NCBI GenBank assembly: GCA_965203515.1 | Contig: OZ241907.1 | Coordinates: 3,616,001-3,680,000, forward strand | From: Spirochaetia bacterium | Lineage (GTDB): Bacteria; Spirochaetota; Spirochaetia; SZUA-6; Bin103 | DNA length: 64,000 nucleotides | Reading direction: 5' to 3' | Shown here: one piece after another, positions 18,611 through 30,400 of the stretch | How the letters are laid out: the number at the start of each line of letters is the position of its first letter | Position numbering within the stretch: position 1 is the stretch's first letter | Position numbers and translations under genes: made by a program | Notes under the pieces: generated by a model | What the model was told of the DNA's origin: nothing | The model's database searches: none | Seen by the model: the letters and a program-made list of their open reading frames with translations, nothing else

Positions 18611-19414
18611 TTGCTGCTCCGCCTGTCCGCCCTGGTCTTCCTGTCGTTCGGCGGCCTCTACCCGCTCTGGCTGTGGGTCAACCGGCGCGATGCGATCGAC
18701 CACGGCTTTACCCGCTTCAACCTGGGGCTGGGCGCGGTGGTGTTGGGCTTGGGCGTGCTGCTGGTCACCCTGGCCCCGAGCGGCCCGCCGGGGAGCGAAG
18801 GTCTGCGCCGGCCGTGGCTGGCCGTGGTCTGGCTGGGCGCGGCCCTGGCCGCCGCCGCCTACGCGTGGCACCGGCGGCCCTGGGCGGTCGCCGCGTGCGC
18901 GGTCCCGCCGGCGATCGGCGTGCCGGTGCTGATCGACGGCCTTGCCGGCGCGCCGGCTGCGGCGCCGGGCGGTCTGGCGGCCGCCGCCGCGACCACCGTG
19001 ATCGGCGGAATCGCGTTGGCCGGCTCGATGTACACGATGGTGCTCGGCCACCACTACCTCAATGCCGAGAAGATGCCGACCCGGTTCCTGGGCAAGGCGA
19101 TCGTCGTCTACGCGGTCGTGCTGGCGGTTCGTCTGATCTGGGACGCGGCGATGATCGCCGCGGGCGGGGTGACGATCGACGGCATCGAGCGCCCGGTGCG
19201 CGACTTCGCGCTCAGCATCGACGGGATGTTCGTCTGGATCGCGCTCTTCTTCGGGACGATGCTGCCGCTGGCGGTCTGCTGCCTGGCCGGCGCCGCGGTG
19301 CGCGCCAAGTCGACGCAGGCGGCGACCGGGCTGCTGTACGTGGCGGTGAGCGCCGCCATCATCGGCGAGGCGAGCTACCGGTTCGACCTGTTGTCGTACG
19401 GGCTGGCGTTGTGA
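18611..19414 (+). CDS. Hypothetical polytopic membrane protein
   Basis: Hydrophobic C-terminal part of track ORF 17951..19414. TTG at 18611, MVLGHHYL and STQAATGLLY motifs. Its stop overlaps the next start. Confidence 0.75.
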   Translation: MLLRLSALVFLSFGGLYPLWLWVNRRDAIDHGFTRFNLGLGAVVLGLGVLLVTLAPSGPPGSEGLRRPWLAVVWLGAALAAAAYAWHRRPWAVAACAVPPAIGVPVLIDGLAGAPAAAPGGLAAAAATTVIGGIALAGSMYTMVLGHHYLNAEKMPTRFLGKAIVVYAVVLAVRLIWDAAMIAAGGVTIDGIERPVRDFALSIDGMFVWIALFFGTMLPLAVCCLAGAAVRAKSTQAATGLLYVAVSAAIIGEASYRFDLLSYGLAL

Positions 19415-19881
19415 GCGGCGAGCGGAGCGGCGGCGCGCTGGCGCTGTCGTGGACCTGCACCGCCTGCGGCGCGGCAAACCGGTCGCGGCCGGCGGTCGGC
19501 GGCGTGGCGTGCGATCGGTGCGGGAAGGCGGTCGCCGTGGAGGAACCGCACCGTCAGCTCCGCCGGTGCGCGGTCTGCGCTTCGACGCGGCTCTACCGGC
19601 AGCGCGACTTCAACCGCTTCCTGGGACTGGCCGTGGTGGTCGCCGGCGCGGCGCTGGTGCCGTTCACCTATGGGATCAGCCTGCCGGTGGTGTTCTTGAT
19701 CGATCTGATCCTCTACCGGCGCGTGGCCGAGATGGCGGTCTGCTACCTCTGCCGCGCCGAGTATCGGGGCATCGAGGTGCCGGCGCGCATCCTGCCGTTC
19801 CGCCACCACTTGGCAGCCGGCTACGAGAAGCGGCGCGAGCGCTGGCTGGAGCAGGCCGGGCGGCGCTCCGAACGCCGGTAA
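19411..19881 (+). CDS. Hypothetical Zn-ribbon membrane protein
   Basis: GTGA overlap start. Four CxxC pairs (CTAC, CDRC, CAVC, CYLC) around a TM hairpin, LYRQRDF motif. Confidence 0.8.
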   Translation: MSGERSGGALALSWTCTACGAANRSRPAVGGVACDRCGKAVAVEEPHRQLRRCAVCASTRLYRQRDFNRFLGLAVVVAGAALVPFTYGISLPVVFLIDLILYRRVAEMAVCYLCRAEYRGIEVPARILPFRHHLAAGYEKRRERWLEQAGRRSERR

Positions 19882-19948
19882 GACGCCCGGCGGTATTCCG
19901 GCCGCTCCCGGTGAACGGCGGGATGACCGATCTCCTCGGGGCGTGTCG

Positions 19949-20232
19949 TCAGGTCCCGTCGCCTGCCGCGGCCGCGCCGTTGGGGCGGCTCTTGAGCTGC
20001 CGGTACTTCTGCTCGCCGATCCCGGTCGCCCGCTCGATCACCGACCAGTCAGGTCGGAAGCGGAGTCGCGGAGGTCCGGGGTGACGAAGGAGGCGGGGTG
20101 GCGCTTGAGCGTGGGCCAGTCCAGCGAGCGACGGAGCCGCGGGGGCAGCCGGGTTTGCAGGAATGACGCGGCTTCCGCCGGTGCGCCGAACACGCGCTTG
20201 AACAGGTGGTCGTGGGGCTGGTGGATGGCCAT
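19949..20232 (-). pseudogene. Rpn/YhgA-like (recombination-promoting nuclease/putative transposase) remnant with an internal deletion
   Basis: MAIHQPHDHLFKRVF...LDWPTLKRHPASFVTPDLRDSASDL is the Rpn N-terminus and stops at 20038. A second frame continues DWSVIERATGIGEQKYRQLK, which resembles an Rpn C-terminal tail. Confidence 0.75.
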
Positions 20233-20369
20233 GCCCCATACCACGGGCCGGCCGTCTGTGGCGCTTCAACGCACGGCGGTTACGGGTTACGGCCGCCGAA
20301 TCGCGCGGCGGCCACCTCCCGGTCGGTGAGCGCCCCGGGTCGATGTCCGTTTCCAGAGGAGGTGGAAGA

Positions 20370-21317
20370 TCAAGGTCGGACCTCGCTACCCCCCCCCCCC
20401 CCCCCCCCCCCCCCCCGGGGGCCGGGTGGCCCTTTCCGGCCGGGATCGAAGCAGGTTGCGATTTCGTCCTGCAGCCAGGCGCGGAAGGCCATGACGTCGG
20501 GCCGGCCGCGCAGAAGGGCGGGTATCAGCAGCCAATAGGAATCTTCGCTGGCCATACTCTCGGCGATGGGGCGCACCAGGCGTCCTTCATTCAGATCGTC
20601 ATGGGCGAGCACGGTGTCGGTGATGGCCACGCCGAGGCCTTTGCGCGCGGCTTCGTAGATCAACGTCTGGCTGAACCGCGGGCCGGCGGTGGCGTCGATG
20701 CCATCGATGCCGACGGCCCTGAGGAAGGTGGACCAGTCCGCCCAACCCCAACCTTTCGGGAGCCGTTCATGGTGCAGGAGGGTAGCCCCCGCCAAGCTGA
20801 AGTTGCCGGCGACCTGCTTGCTGCATACCGGGAAGAACTCCACGTCGGCCAGCTTTTCGGCGTTCGGGTCGTCTTGGAACCGCCCCCAGTCGATGGTCAG
20901 CGCGATGTCGGGCGACGTCTTCGCGGTGAGGATGTCGTGGACGATGACGTTGGTGCCGGGCGCCGCAAAATGTCTGAAAGCGCTCAAGCGCGGCATCAGC
21001 CATGCCAACGCGAAGATCGGCGGAACCCTGACGATGATGGTCTCGCGGTCCGAGGAGCGCTGCAGTCGTTCGACCGTCTTCCGTATCTGCGCGAACGCGG
21101 GAGCCAGTCCCTGCCACAGGTGCTCGCCGATGCTGGTGAGGCGCACGCCGCGGCCGTCCTGGCTGAAGAGCGGTTGGCCAAGATCGCGCTCCAGCGCCCG
21201 TATCTGGCGGCTGACCGCGCTGGGAGTGACGAACAGCGCGTGCGCGGCGGACGTCACCGAGCCGAGCTGGGCGACGGTCACGAAGGCGTGCATGGCATTG
21301 AGCGAGGGCAGGCTCAT
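20370..21317 (-). CDS. LysR family transcriptional regulator (GcvA-like)
   Basis: LPSLNAMHAF...SVTSAAHALFVTPSAVSRQIRALE HTH, WLMPRLSAF, GLGVAI, EGRLVRP. Divergent from the giant surface protein gene. Confidence 0.93.
   Translation of the reverse strand: MSLPSLNAMHAFVTVAQLGSVTSAAHALFVTPSAVSRQIRALERDLGQPLFSQDGRGVRLTSIGEHLWQGLAPAFAQIRKTVERLQRSSDRETIIVRVPPIFALAWLMPRLSAFRHFAAPGTNVIVHDILTAKTSPDIALTIDWGRFQDDPNAEKLADVEFFPVCSKQVAGNFSLAGATLLHHERLPKGWGWADWSTFLRAVGIDGIDATAGPRFSQTLIYEAARKGLGVAITDTVLAHDDLNEGRLVRPIAESMASEDSYWLLIPALLRGRPDVMAFRAWLQDEIATCFDPGRKGPPGPRGGGGGGGGGSEVRP
20389..20416 (+). repeat. C28 homopolymer (G28 on the lysR coding strand)
   Basis: Counted 28 consecutive C. Confidence 0.95.
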
Positions 21318-21367
21318 CAGCGTTCGATCCGTGAGTTTTTGGCAACCGTCGTCATCATAGAAATCAG

Positions 21368-21396
21368 TTGACCGTCGTTTCGCAACTCCGTAAATC
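21368..21396 (+). promoter_or_regulatory. Candidate promoter in the AT-rich lysR/giant-gene divergent spacer
   Basis: TTGACC, 17 nt, TAAATC. An alternative -10 TAGAAT lies at 21418-21423, and TATGAT on the minus strand near 21354-21359. Confidence 0.4.
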
Positions 21397-21443
21397 CCCC
21401 TTTGCAGTAGTAGTTACTAGAATTTGTAGCGAAATGGCGAATT

Positions 21444-24400
21444 GTGGAGATGAAGCGGCGCGTGACCGGGACAACCGATGGCACGCTCCTTGCTATGGGA
21501 GTGGCGGTACTGGCGCTGCTGTCGTCTGCGCTGCCGGCCGCGGGGCAGACCGGCCCGCCGGCGGTGACCGGCACGGCGCCGTCGTTCGGGACGGCGACGG
21601 TGGAGAGCAGGCTCTACGACACCGGCACGGCGATCACGCCGATCGTGCTGCCGGAAGCGACCGGCGGCGACGGTACCGTGAGCTACACCCTCGCGCCGGC
21701 CAAGCTGCCGCGGGGCCTGACCTGGACCGCCTCGACCCGCACCATCGCGGGCACGCCGGCGGCGGTCACGGCCGCCGCCACCTACACCTGGACGGCGACG
21801 GACGCCGACGGCGACACGGCGACCCTCACCTTCTCGATGCGGGTCTGGGCGCCCGCCGGGCCGGCGATCGACCGCGTCGAATTGCTCGTCCCTGCCGTGA
21901 ACCAGGTCCCCATTCACAACTACCGGTCCGGGCAGACGATACATCTCCTGGTCCGGTATCCCGAGAAGATGGCCGTCACCGGAACGCCGCAGCTCACGCT
22001 GGTCATCGGCGACAAGCAGCGCAAGGCCGGTTACGACGCCACCCGGACGGCCGGTTTGCGGCGGCTGCAGGCGGACGCGACCTACGACCGACTGTTCTTC
22101 GCCTATACGGTGCGGCCCGATGACTTCGACGGCGACGGCATCGCCGTCCCGGCGGACGCGCTGAGCCTGAACGGCGGGACCATCCGGGCGGCGGACGATG
22201 CCGCCGACGCCAAGCTCAGCCTGGGGACGCACGCGATCGCGAGCGGCGACGCGACCAGCGTCAAGATGCGGGTGCGGGACACGGCGCCCTCCTTCTCCGG
22301 TGCCGCTTCCGCCGCCAACCGGTCGCTGGCGAAGGACGCGGCGACGGCCACGACCCTGCCCCTGGCCACCGGCGGCGACGGCGCGCTGACCTACCGCATC
22401 TCCCCGGCGCTGCCCCGGGGCCTCTCGCTGGCGAGCGCCAGCCCGAAGATCACCGGGACCCCCACGGTGGCGGGCGCGACCACGCACACGCTGACGGCGA
22501 CCGACGCGGACGGCGACCGCGCCGCCCTCGGCCCGTTCACGGTCACGGTGGTGGACGGCGCGCCGGCGGTCTCCGGCGTCGCCATCGTCTCGAAGCCTTA
22601 CGCCAACGCCACCTACGGGCTGGGGGAGGTCATCCGGGCCGCGGTCTCCTTCGACCGGAACTTGACGTGGACCAACATATCGCGGTCCAGGTTGTCGCTG
22701 GACGTCGGCGGGAACACGCGAGAGGCCCGCTACCAGCGATTCCTCGGCAATGCCCTGTTCTACGAGTACACCGTGCAGGCGGCGGACCGCGACGCCGACG
22801 GCATCGGCATCGGCACGGACGCGCTGGCGCTGAACGGCGCCACCATCACCGACAGCGCGACCGGCGTGCCCGCGGTGACGGTGCTGGGAACCCACGCCGT
22901 CGCCAACGCCGCGGCGCACAAGGTGGACGGCTCGGTGGCCACGCCCCTGGCCGTGAAGTCGGTGAGGATCGAGAGTTCTCCGGCCAGCAGCGACGGCTAC
23001 GACGTGGGCGAGGTCATCAAGGCGCGGGTCACCTTCTCCCGGCCGGTCCGGATCAACGGGTCGCCGCGGCTGGCGCTGACCATCGGCGCCAACACGCGCC
23101 AAGCGGCGGCGGGTCCGTACTCCGGCCCGGCGACCCAACTGTATTGGGACTCCATGCTGTTCAGCTATACGGTCACCGCGCAGGACCGGGACTCGAACGG
23201 GATCGGCATCGGCGCCTCGGCGCTGACGCTGAACGGCGCCACCATCCGCGACGCCGGCGGCGCGACCCCCTCCCTCGGCCTCGGCACCCGCGCCATCGCC
23301 GACGATTCCGCTCACAAGGTCCACACGCCGCCGCGGATCGCCGGCGTGTCGATCATCTCCGGCCCCGGCGCGAACGGCACCTACGACGCCGGCGAGACGA
23401 TCACCGTGGAGTTCTCCTGGTCGGAGCAGGTGATCTTCGGCGGCGGGAACGGAGGGGAGCCGCAGGTGGCGTTGACCATCGGCGCCAACACGCGGCGGGT
23501 GCATCGGGACCAGGCGGCCGTCAGCAGGGGCCACTGGTATCGCTACAGCTACACCGTGACGGCGAGCGATCAGGACCTCGACGGCATCAGCGTCGGCGCG
23601 AACGCGCTGACCCTGCCGGCCGGGGTCCGTCTGTACGCCCTCAACGACAACGAGCGTGCGGACCTCTCGCTGGGGACCCACGCCATCACGAACGACTCCG
23701 GCCACACGGTGCGGGACTCGCAGCCGAGCTTCGCGGCCGCGGCGGCGCGGCGCTACCTGCTGAACGCGGCGGTGAGCGACCAGTTGCCGGCGGCGGCGGG
23801 CGGCGACGGGACGGTCGCCTACACGCTGACCGGGCCGGGCGCGGCCACCTCGCTCTCCCTGCCCGACGGCCTGGTCTGGAGCGCCGCCACGCGCACGATT
23901 TCGGGCACGCCCACCGCCGCGGCGGCCGCGGCCTCCTACACGCTGACCGCCACCGACGGCGACAGCGACAGCGCGGCCTACGTCTTCGCCCTCTCGGTGA
24001 CCTCCGATCCGGTGGTGAGCGGCGTGCGCATCACCTCCAGCCCGGCTTCCGGCGGCGCCTACCGGGCCGGCGAGACGATCACCGCGGAGGTGACCTTCGA
24101 CCAGACGCTGACGGTCACCGGAACGCCGCGCCTCGCCATCGCCGTTGGGGCCGCCACGCGCCAGGCGTCGGGCAGCCACACGGCCGGCGAGAGCAGGATT
24201 TCGTTCAGCTACACCGCGGCGACCGACGACAAGGATACCGACGGCATCTCCATCGCCGCCGGCGCGCTGACGCTGAACGGCGCCACCATCCGCAACGCCA
24301 AGGGGGAGGACGCGCGGCTCGGGCTCGGCGCCCACGCCGTCGCCGCGCAGACCGGCCACAAGGTCTCCGCCCCGCCGCGGGTGACCGGGGTGCGGCTGCT

Positions 24401-27400
24401 CACGACGAACCTGCGGTGCTGCTGGGGCGTCCGGCCGGCCGGCTGGGAGGATTCCCGGCAGACCGACGAGAACCTGTACCCGCCGAGCCTGGTGCTGGCC
24501 GCGGTCACCTTCGACCAGGTCGTCACCGTCACCGGCGCGCCGAACGTGGCGCTCACCATCGGCGCCAACACCCGCCAAGCGACCTGGAACGCGTTTCTCA
24601 GCCGGCTCCTCCACCCCACCGCGAATCCGCACGGCGCCGAGGACATCAACGTCATAGCCTTCTACTACGAGCTGCAGGCGTCGGACTTCGATGGCGACGG
24701 CATCGGCGCCGCCGCCAATGCGCTGACGCTGAACGGCGGGACGATCCGCGACGCCGAGGGTGAAGACGCGGCGCTCGGCCTCGGCAGCCACGCCATCGCC
24801 AATGAGGCGAGACTCCGGGTGGCGGACACCGCGCCCTCCTTCGCCGCCGCGGAGGACCGGCGCTACCTCCTGAACCTGCGGGCCAACGACCGGCTGCCGG
24901 CGGCGACCGGCGACGGCGCGCTGACCTACGCGCTGACCGGGCCGGGCGCGGCCACGACGCTCTCCCTGCCCCGGGGCCTGTCGTGGAACGCCGCCGCGCG
25001 TACCATCTCGGGCACGCCGACCAGCGCGGCGGCCGCAGCCGCCTACGTCCTCACCGCCACCGACGCCGACGGCGACACCGGGACGCTGGTCTTCGCCATC
25101 TCGGTGGTGACGGATCCGGTGGTGAGCGGCGTGAGCGTCACCTCCAGCCCGGCCGTCGGCGACGCCTACGCCGCCGGCGAGACGATCACGGTCGACGTGA
25201 CCTTCGACCAGCCGGTGACGGTGACCGGCGCGCCGGAACTGGCGCTCACCATCGGCAGCAAGCTCCGGCAGGCGACGGTAAGCCCTGCTGCCAACGGGCG
25301 CGCGGTTTCGTTCAGCTACCCGGTGGCGACCGACGACCGCGATACGGACGGCATCTCCATCACCGGCAGCGCGCTGACGATCGCCGGCGCGACCATCCGC
25401 AACGCCAAGGGCGAGAACGCGCGCCTCGGGCTGGGCGGCCATGCCGTCGTCGGCGCCGCCGGCCACAAGGTCTCGACGCCGCCCCGCGTCGCGCAGGTGA
25501 ACCTCTACACGACCGATCTGAAGTGCTGCTGGAGCACGCATGACGCCGGCTGGGCGGACCCGCGGCAGACGGAGCGCAACCGCTTCGCCCCCGCCGTGGT
25601 GTGGGCGGCGGTGACGTTCGACCAGGCGCTGGTGCGCGCCGGCACCGGCCGGCCGAGCCTGGCGCTCACCATCGGCGGCGCGACCCGGCAGGCGGCCTTC
25701 GACCGCTACCTGAGCCGCCAGACCGCGCGGATGCTGGGCAAGAGCAACAGCCAGGTGCTCGCATTCTTCTACACCCTGCAGCCGTCGGACTTCGACGGGG
25801 ACGGCATCGGCGTGGCGGCCGGCGCGCTGACGCTGCCGGCGGGCACGACCCTGCGCGACGCGCAGGGCGAGGCGGCCGTGCTCGGCCTTGGCACCCACGC
25901 CATCGCCAACGACCCGAACTATCGGGTGGCGGACACCTCGCCCTCCTTCGGCACGGCGGCGGTCCGGCCGCAGCACTGGGTGGTCGGGACCGCTGCGTCG
26001 CTCACCCTGCCGGCGGCGGCCGGGGACGGCGCCGTCTCCCACGCGCTCACCCCGGCGCAACGGCCGTCCTGGTTGAAGTTCGATGCCGCGACCCGCGTGC
26101 TGTCCGGCACGCCCCCGGCGGCCGCGGCGGCCGCGGCGCGCACCGGCTACACCTGGACCGCGACCGACGTCGACGGCGACTCGACGGCGTTGACCTTCAC
26201 CCTCACCGTGGCCGCGGCCAACGCGCCGAAGGTCGCGGAGGTCAAGTTCCTCTCCAGCCCGGCGGCGCATGCCATGTACGCGCCGGGCAGCGCGATCGAG
26301 GCGGGGGTCAAGTTCGACAAGCCGGTGAGCGTGAGGGGTACGCCGACCCTGGCATTGGACGTCGGCGGCGCGGCGCGGCAGGCAAACTACACCGCGCTGC
26401 GGAACGGCTACTTGGTGTTCTCCTACACCGTGCGGCAGGCGGACTACGACACCGACGGCGTGAGCATCGGCGCGGGCGCGCTGGCGGCGCCCGCCCGCGG
26501 CGGCATCTTCGACAAGGCCAACGCCGCGGTGGCGGCGCTGGGTCTCGGCTCCCACGCCATCGCCAACGCCAGCGGCCACAAGGTGGGCAGTCCGCCGCGG
26601 GTCACCGGCGTGAGCATCCATTCCACGCCGCCGCAGGCGGGCACATATACCAGGGGCTCGACGGTCACGGTCCAGGTCGACTTCGACCAGACGGTGACGG
26701 TGACGGGCACGCCGCAACTGGCGTTGACGATCGGCGGCGCGACGCGGCAGGCGAGCGCCATGGCGGAGAGCGGCGCGGGCGTGAGCCGCTCCCGGGTCCG
26801 CTTCTCCTACACCGTGGCGGCGGCCGATGCGGACACCGACGGCCTGGGCGTCGCCGCCGCGGCGCTGACCCTGAACGGCGGGGCGATCCGCGACCTCGAC
26901 GGGCAGGACGCCGTGCCCGGTCTGGGCAGCCACGCGCGGACCGCCTTCGCCAACGCCAAGGTGGACGGGAGCAGGACCGGCCTCTGGCCTGACTTCGGCT
27001 CGGCGGCCAGTCCCGCGCTCTCCCTGATTGCGGGAACGACGGCGACCCACGCGCTGCCGACCGCGGCCGGCGGCGATACGCCGCTGCGCTACACCGTTTC
27101 CCCCGGGCTGCCCGCCGGGCTGAGCGTGAACGCCTCCACCGCGGTCCTCTCCGGCGCGCCCCGGACCGAGAGCCCGCAAACCGATTACACGCTGACGGCG
27201 ACCGACGCCAACGGCGACGCCGCGACGCTGGCCTTCACCCTCAAGGTGTTGGGCAGCCGGCCGGTGGTAAGCGGCGTGTCGATCGCCTCCACGCCGCTTG
27301 CGGGGGACACCTACGGCGCCAGCGAGGTGATCCTGGTCGACGTGACCTTCGAGCGCACGGGCACCGGCGCGATGACGGTGCGCGGCGCGCCGCGGCTGGC

Positions 27401-30400
27401 GATCGCCGTCGGCGCCGCCGCGCGGCAGGCGTCGTTCCTCTCCGTCTCCGGCGCGACGCTGCGGTTCCGCTACACGGCGCAGGCCGAGGACCGGGACACG
27501 GACGGCATTGCCGTCGCCGCGGACGCGCTGGCGCTCAACGGCGGTCTGATCCGCGACGCCGCGAGCAACAACGCGATCCTCGGCCTTGGCCGCCATGCCC
27601 TTGCCGCGGCGCCGGCGCACAAGGTGGACGGCAGCGCCGGCCGCGCCCCGGCGGTGGCCGGAGTGCGGATGATCTCGGCGCCGGCGAGCGGCTTCGTCTA
27701 CACGCTGGGCGAGACCATCGAGGTGGCGGTGCGCTTCGACCAGGCGGTCGGCGTCTCGGGGACGCCCAACCTGGCGCTGACCCTCGGCTCGGCCACCGCG
27801 CGGGCGGCCTGGAACCGCGCCGGGGCGAGCCCGACCACGCACATCTTCCGCCACGTGGTGCAGGCGGCGGACCGGGACGCCGACGGCCTCTCCATCGGCG
27901 CGAGCGCGCTGGCGCTGGGCGGCGGCACGATCCGCAACGTCCGCGGCAGGGACGCGGCGCTCGGCCTCGGCAGCCACGCGCTGGGCAATCAGAGGGCGCA
28001 CAAGGTGGACGGATCGAAGAATCCGGCCCCGCTGGTGACCGGCGTCTCCCTCCGCTCCTTCCAGCGGGACGGCTGGTACGACCACGGCGAGGTCGTCGAG
28101 GCGCGGGTGACGTTCAACAAGGCGGTGACGGTGACCGGCAGCCCGCAACTGGCGATCGCCATCGGCGCCACCACGCGGCAGGCGTCCTTGCACGCCGCGA
28201 GCGGCGCCCGCGTGGACTTCCGCTACACGGTGCAGGACGGCGACCACGACACCGACGGCCTCTCCATCGGCGCGGGCGCGCTGGCGCTCAATGGCGGGAC
28301 GATCCGCAACAACGGGGTGGACGCGGCGCTCGGCCTCGGCAGCCACGCGCTGGGCAGTCAGGCGGCGCACAAGGTGGACGGCCGCATGGCCAAGGTGACG
28401 GGCGTCACCATCGAAACCACTCCGGCCGGCAGCGCCGGCTACGGCGCGGGCGAAGAGATCCGGGTACGGGTCGATTTCGATCTGGCACTCGGCAACTATC
28501 AAGGCTCCAGGCTGGCGCTGACCATCGGCGACGACACGCGCCAGGCCACCTTCGCCTACGCCCGCAGAGACCACGGCCTGCCGGTGGGCAACCGGAACCG
28601 GTTGTACTACACCTACACGGTCCGGACGACGGACCGGGACGCGGACGGCCTCTCCATCGCGGCGAACGCGCTGAGCGGAACCATCCGGCGGCGGGACGGC
28701 AACCCGGCGCGGATGGACCTCGGCAGCCACGCGCGGGGCGCCCAGGCGGCGCACAAGGTGACCGGCGCGGTGGTGACGCCCCGTGTGACCAGTATTTCCA
28801 TCAACGGTCCGCTGAACGGCGTCACCTTCGGGCTCGGGGAAAAGATCATGGTGACGCTCGAGTTCAACGCGCCGGTCGCCGCGTCGCGGGGGGCGCATCT
28901 GGCGCTGACCGTGGGCAACGCCACGCACCGGCTGAACGCCCTCGGCGTGGGAAACCGCATCTACAAATCGAATTACGGATTCAGGTACGTGGTACGGGCG
29001 TCCGACCGGGACGCGGACGGCATCGGCATCGCCGCCGACGGGTTGACGCTTCCCCAGGGCGGAACCCTGCGCAGCGCGGTGGGGGTGGACGCGGCGCTCG
29101 GCCTCCCCGCGGCGCCGGTGCGCATAGTGGACGGCAGCCACAACCCGCCGGCGAAGGGGACTCCGGTGCTCGCCGGCAGGGCGCGCCACGACACCTTCCG
29201 CGCGGGCGAATCCTTCGACGTCGTGGTCTTCTGGTCCAAGCCGGTGACGATCACCGGCACGCCGACCCTGGCGATGCAGGTGGGCAGCGTCACGCGCCGC
29301 CTCAGGCTGGTGAGCGGCGGCGGGACGCAGGCGGTCTTCCGGTACACGGTGCGGCATGACGACCGCGACCCGGACGGCGTGAGCATCGCGGCCGACGCGC
29401 TGCGCCTGGAGGGCGCCAGCATCACGGGGCCGGGCGGCAAGGCGGCGGAGCTCCGCCTCACCAAGTCGATCGTGAACGACGCTTCCTTCAAGATCGGCAG
29501 CGCCGCGCGGCCGACGCCGACCTTCGGCGCGGCGGTGGTGCCGGCCCGGGACTGGACGGTGGGCGTGCCGGTGAACTTCACGCTGCCGCCGGCGACCGAC
29601 GGGAGCGGTACGCTGCGCTACACGCTGCTCGGGCCGTCCGGCATGCCGGGCCAATATCGGCCCGCCTATCTGTGGCTGCCGCCCGGGCTGCGCTATACCG
29701 CCCCGGCCAACCACACGCTGAGCGGCGGCACGATCAGCGGCACGATCAGCGGCCACACGCCCACGGACGATGACATGAACGGGCACACCTGGCGGCTGAC
29801 GGCCACGGACGCCGACGCCGACACGGCGACCCTGGACTTCCTCGCCCGGATCGTTCCCGACCGGACGCCGAGCTTCGGCGACGCGGCCATCGACGACCAG
29901 ACGTGGATCGAGAACGCGGCGATCACCGCCTTCGACCTGCCGGAGGCGACCGGCGGCAACGGCGACCTCACCTACACGCTGGCGCCGGCGCTGCCGGGCG
30001 GGGTGTCGCGCGCCGGGCGGCGGGTGAGCGGCGCGCCGGGCGCGGCCATGGCGCGGACGCAATACACCTGGACGGCGACGGACGCCGACGGCGACCAGGC
30101 TGCGCTGACCTTCCACGTCACGGTGGCCGCGGACCGCGCGCCCAGCTTCGGCGAGGCCACGATCTCCGACCTGTCCTGGCTGCAGGGCTCGCCCATCACC
30201 GAGGTCACCCTGCCCGAGGCGACCGGCGGCAACGCTCCGCTCACCTACGGGATCGCGACCCCGGGATCGACGCAGGTAGGGACGCAGGGGCTGCCCCAGG
30301 GGATCGAGCTCGACGGGCGCGTGCTGAAGGGCACGCCGACCGAGGTCCAGGAGTCGTCCGACGTCGACTACGCCTGGCTGGTGGTCGACGCGGACGGCGA

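Noticed and set aside
21318..21443. Riboswitch or ncRNA in the lysR/giant-gene spacer
   Set aside because: Only a loose TTTCGC...GCGAAA complementarity and no recognisable riboswitch consensus. An Rfam scan would be needed.
21859..29510. Diversity-generating retroelement or shufflon as the source of the variable loops
   Set aside because: No reverse transcriptase, template/variable repeat pair, invertase or inverted crossover sites are visible in the window. The loops differ in length, which adenine-specific mutagenesis would not explain. A trans-acting factor elsewhere is not excluded.
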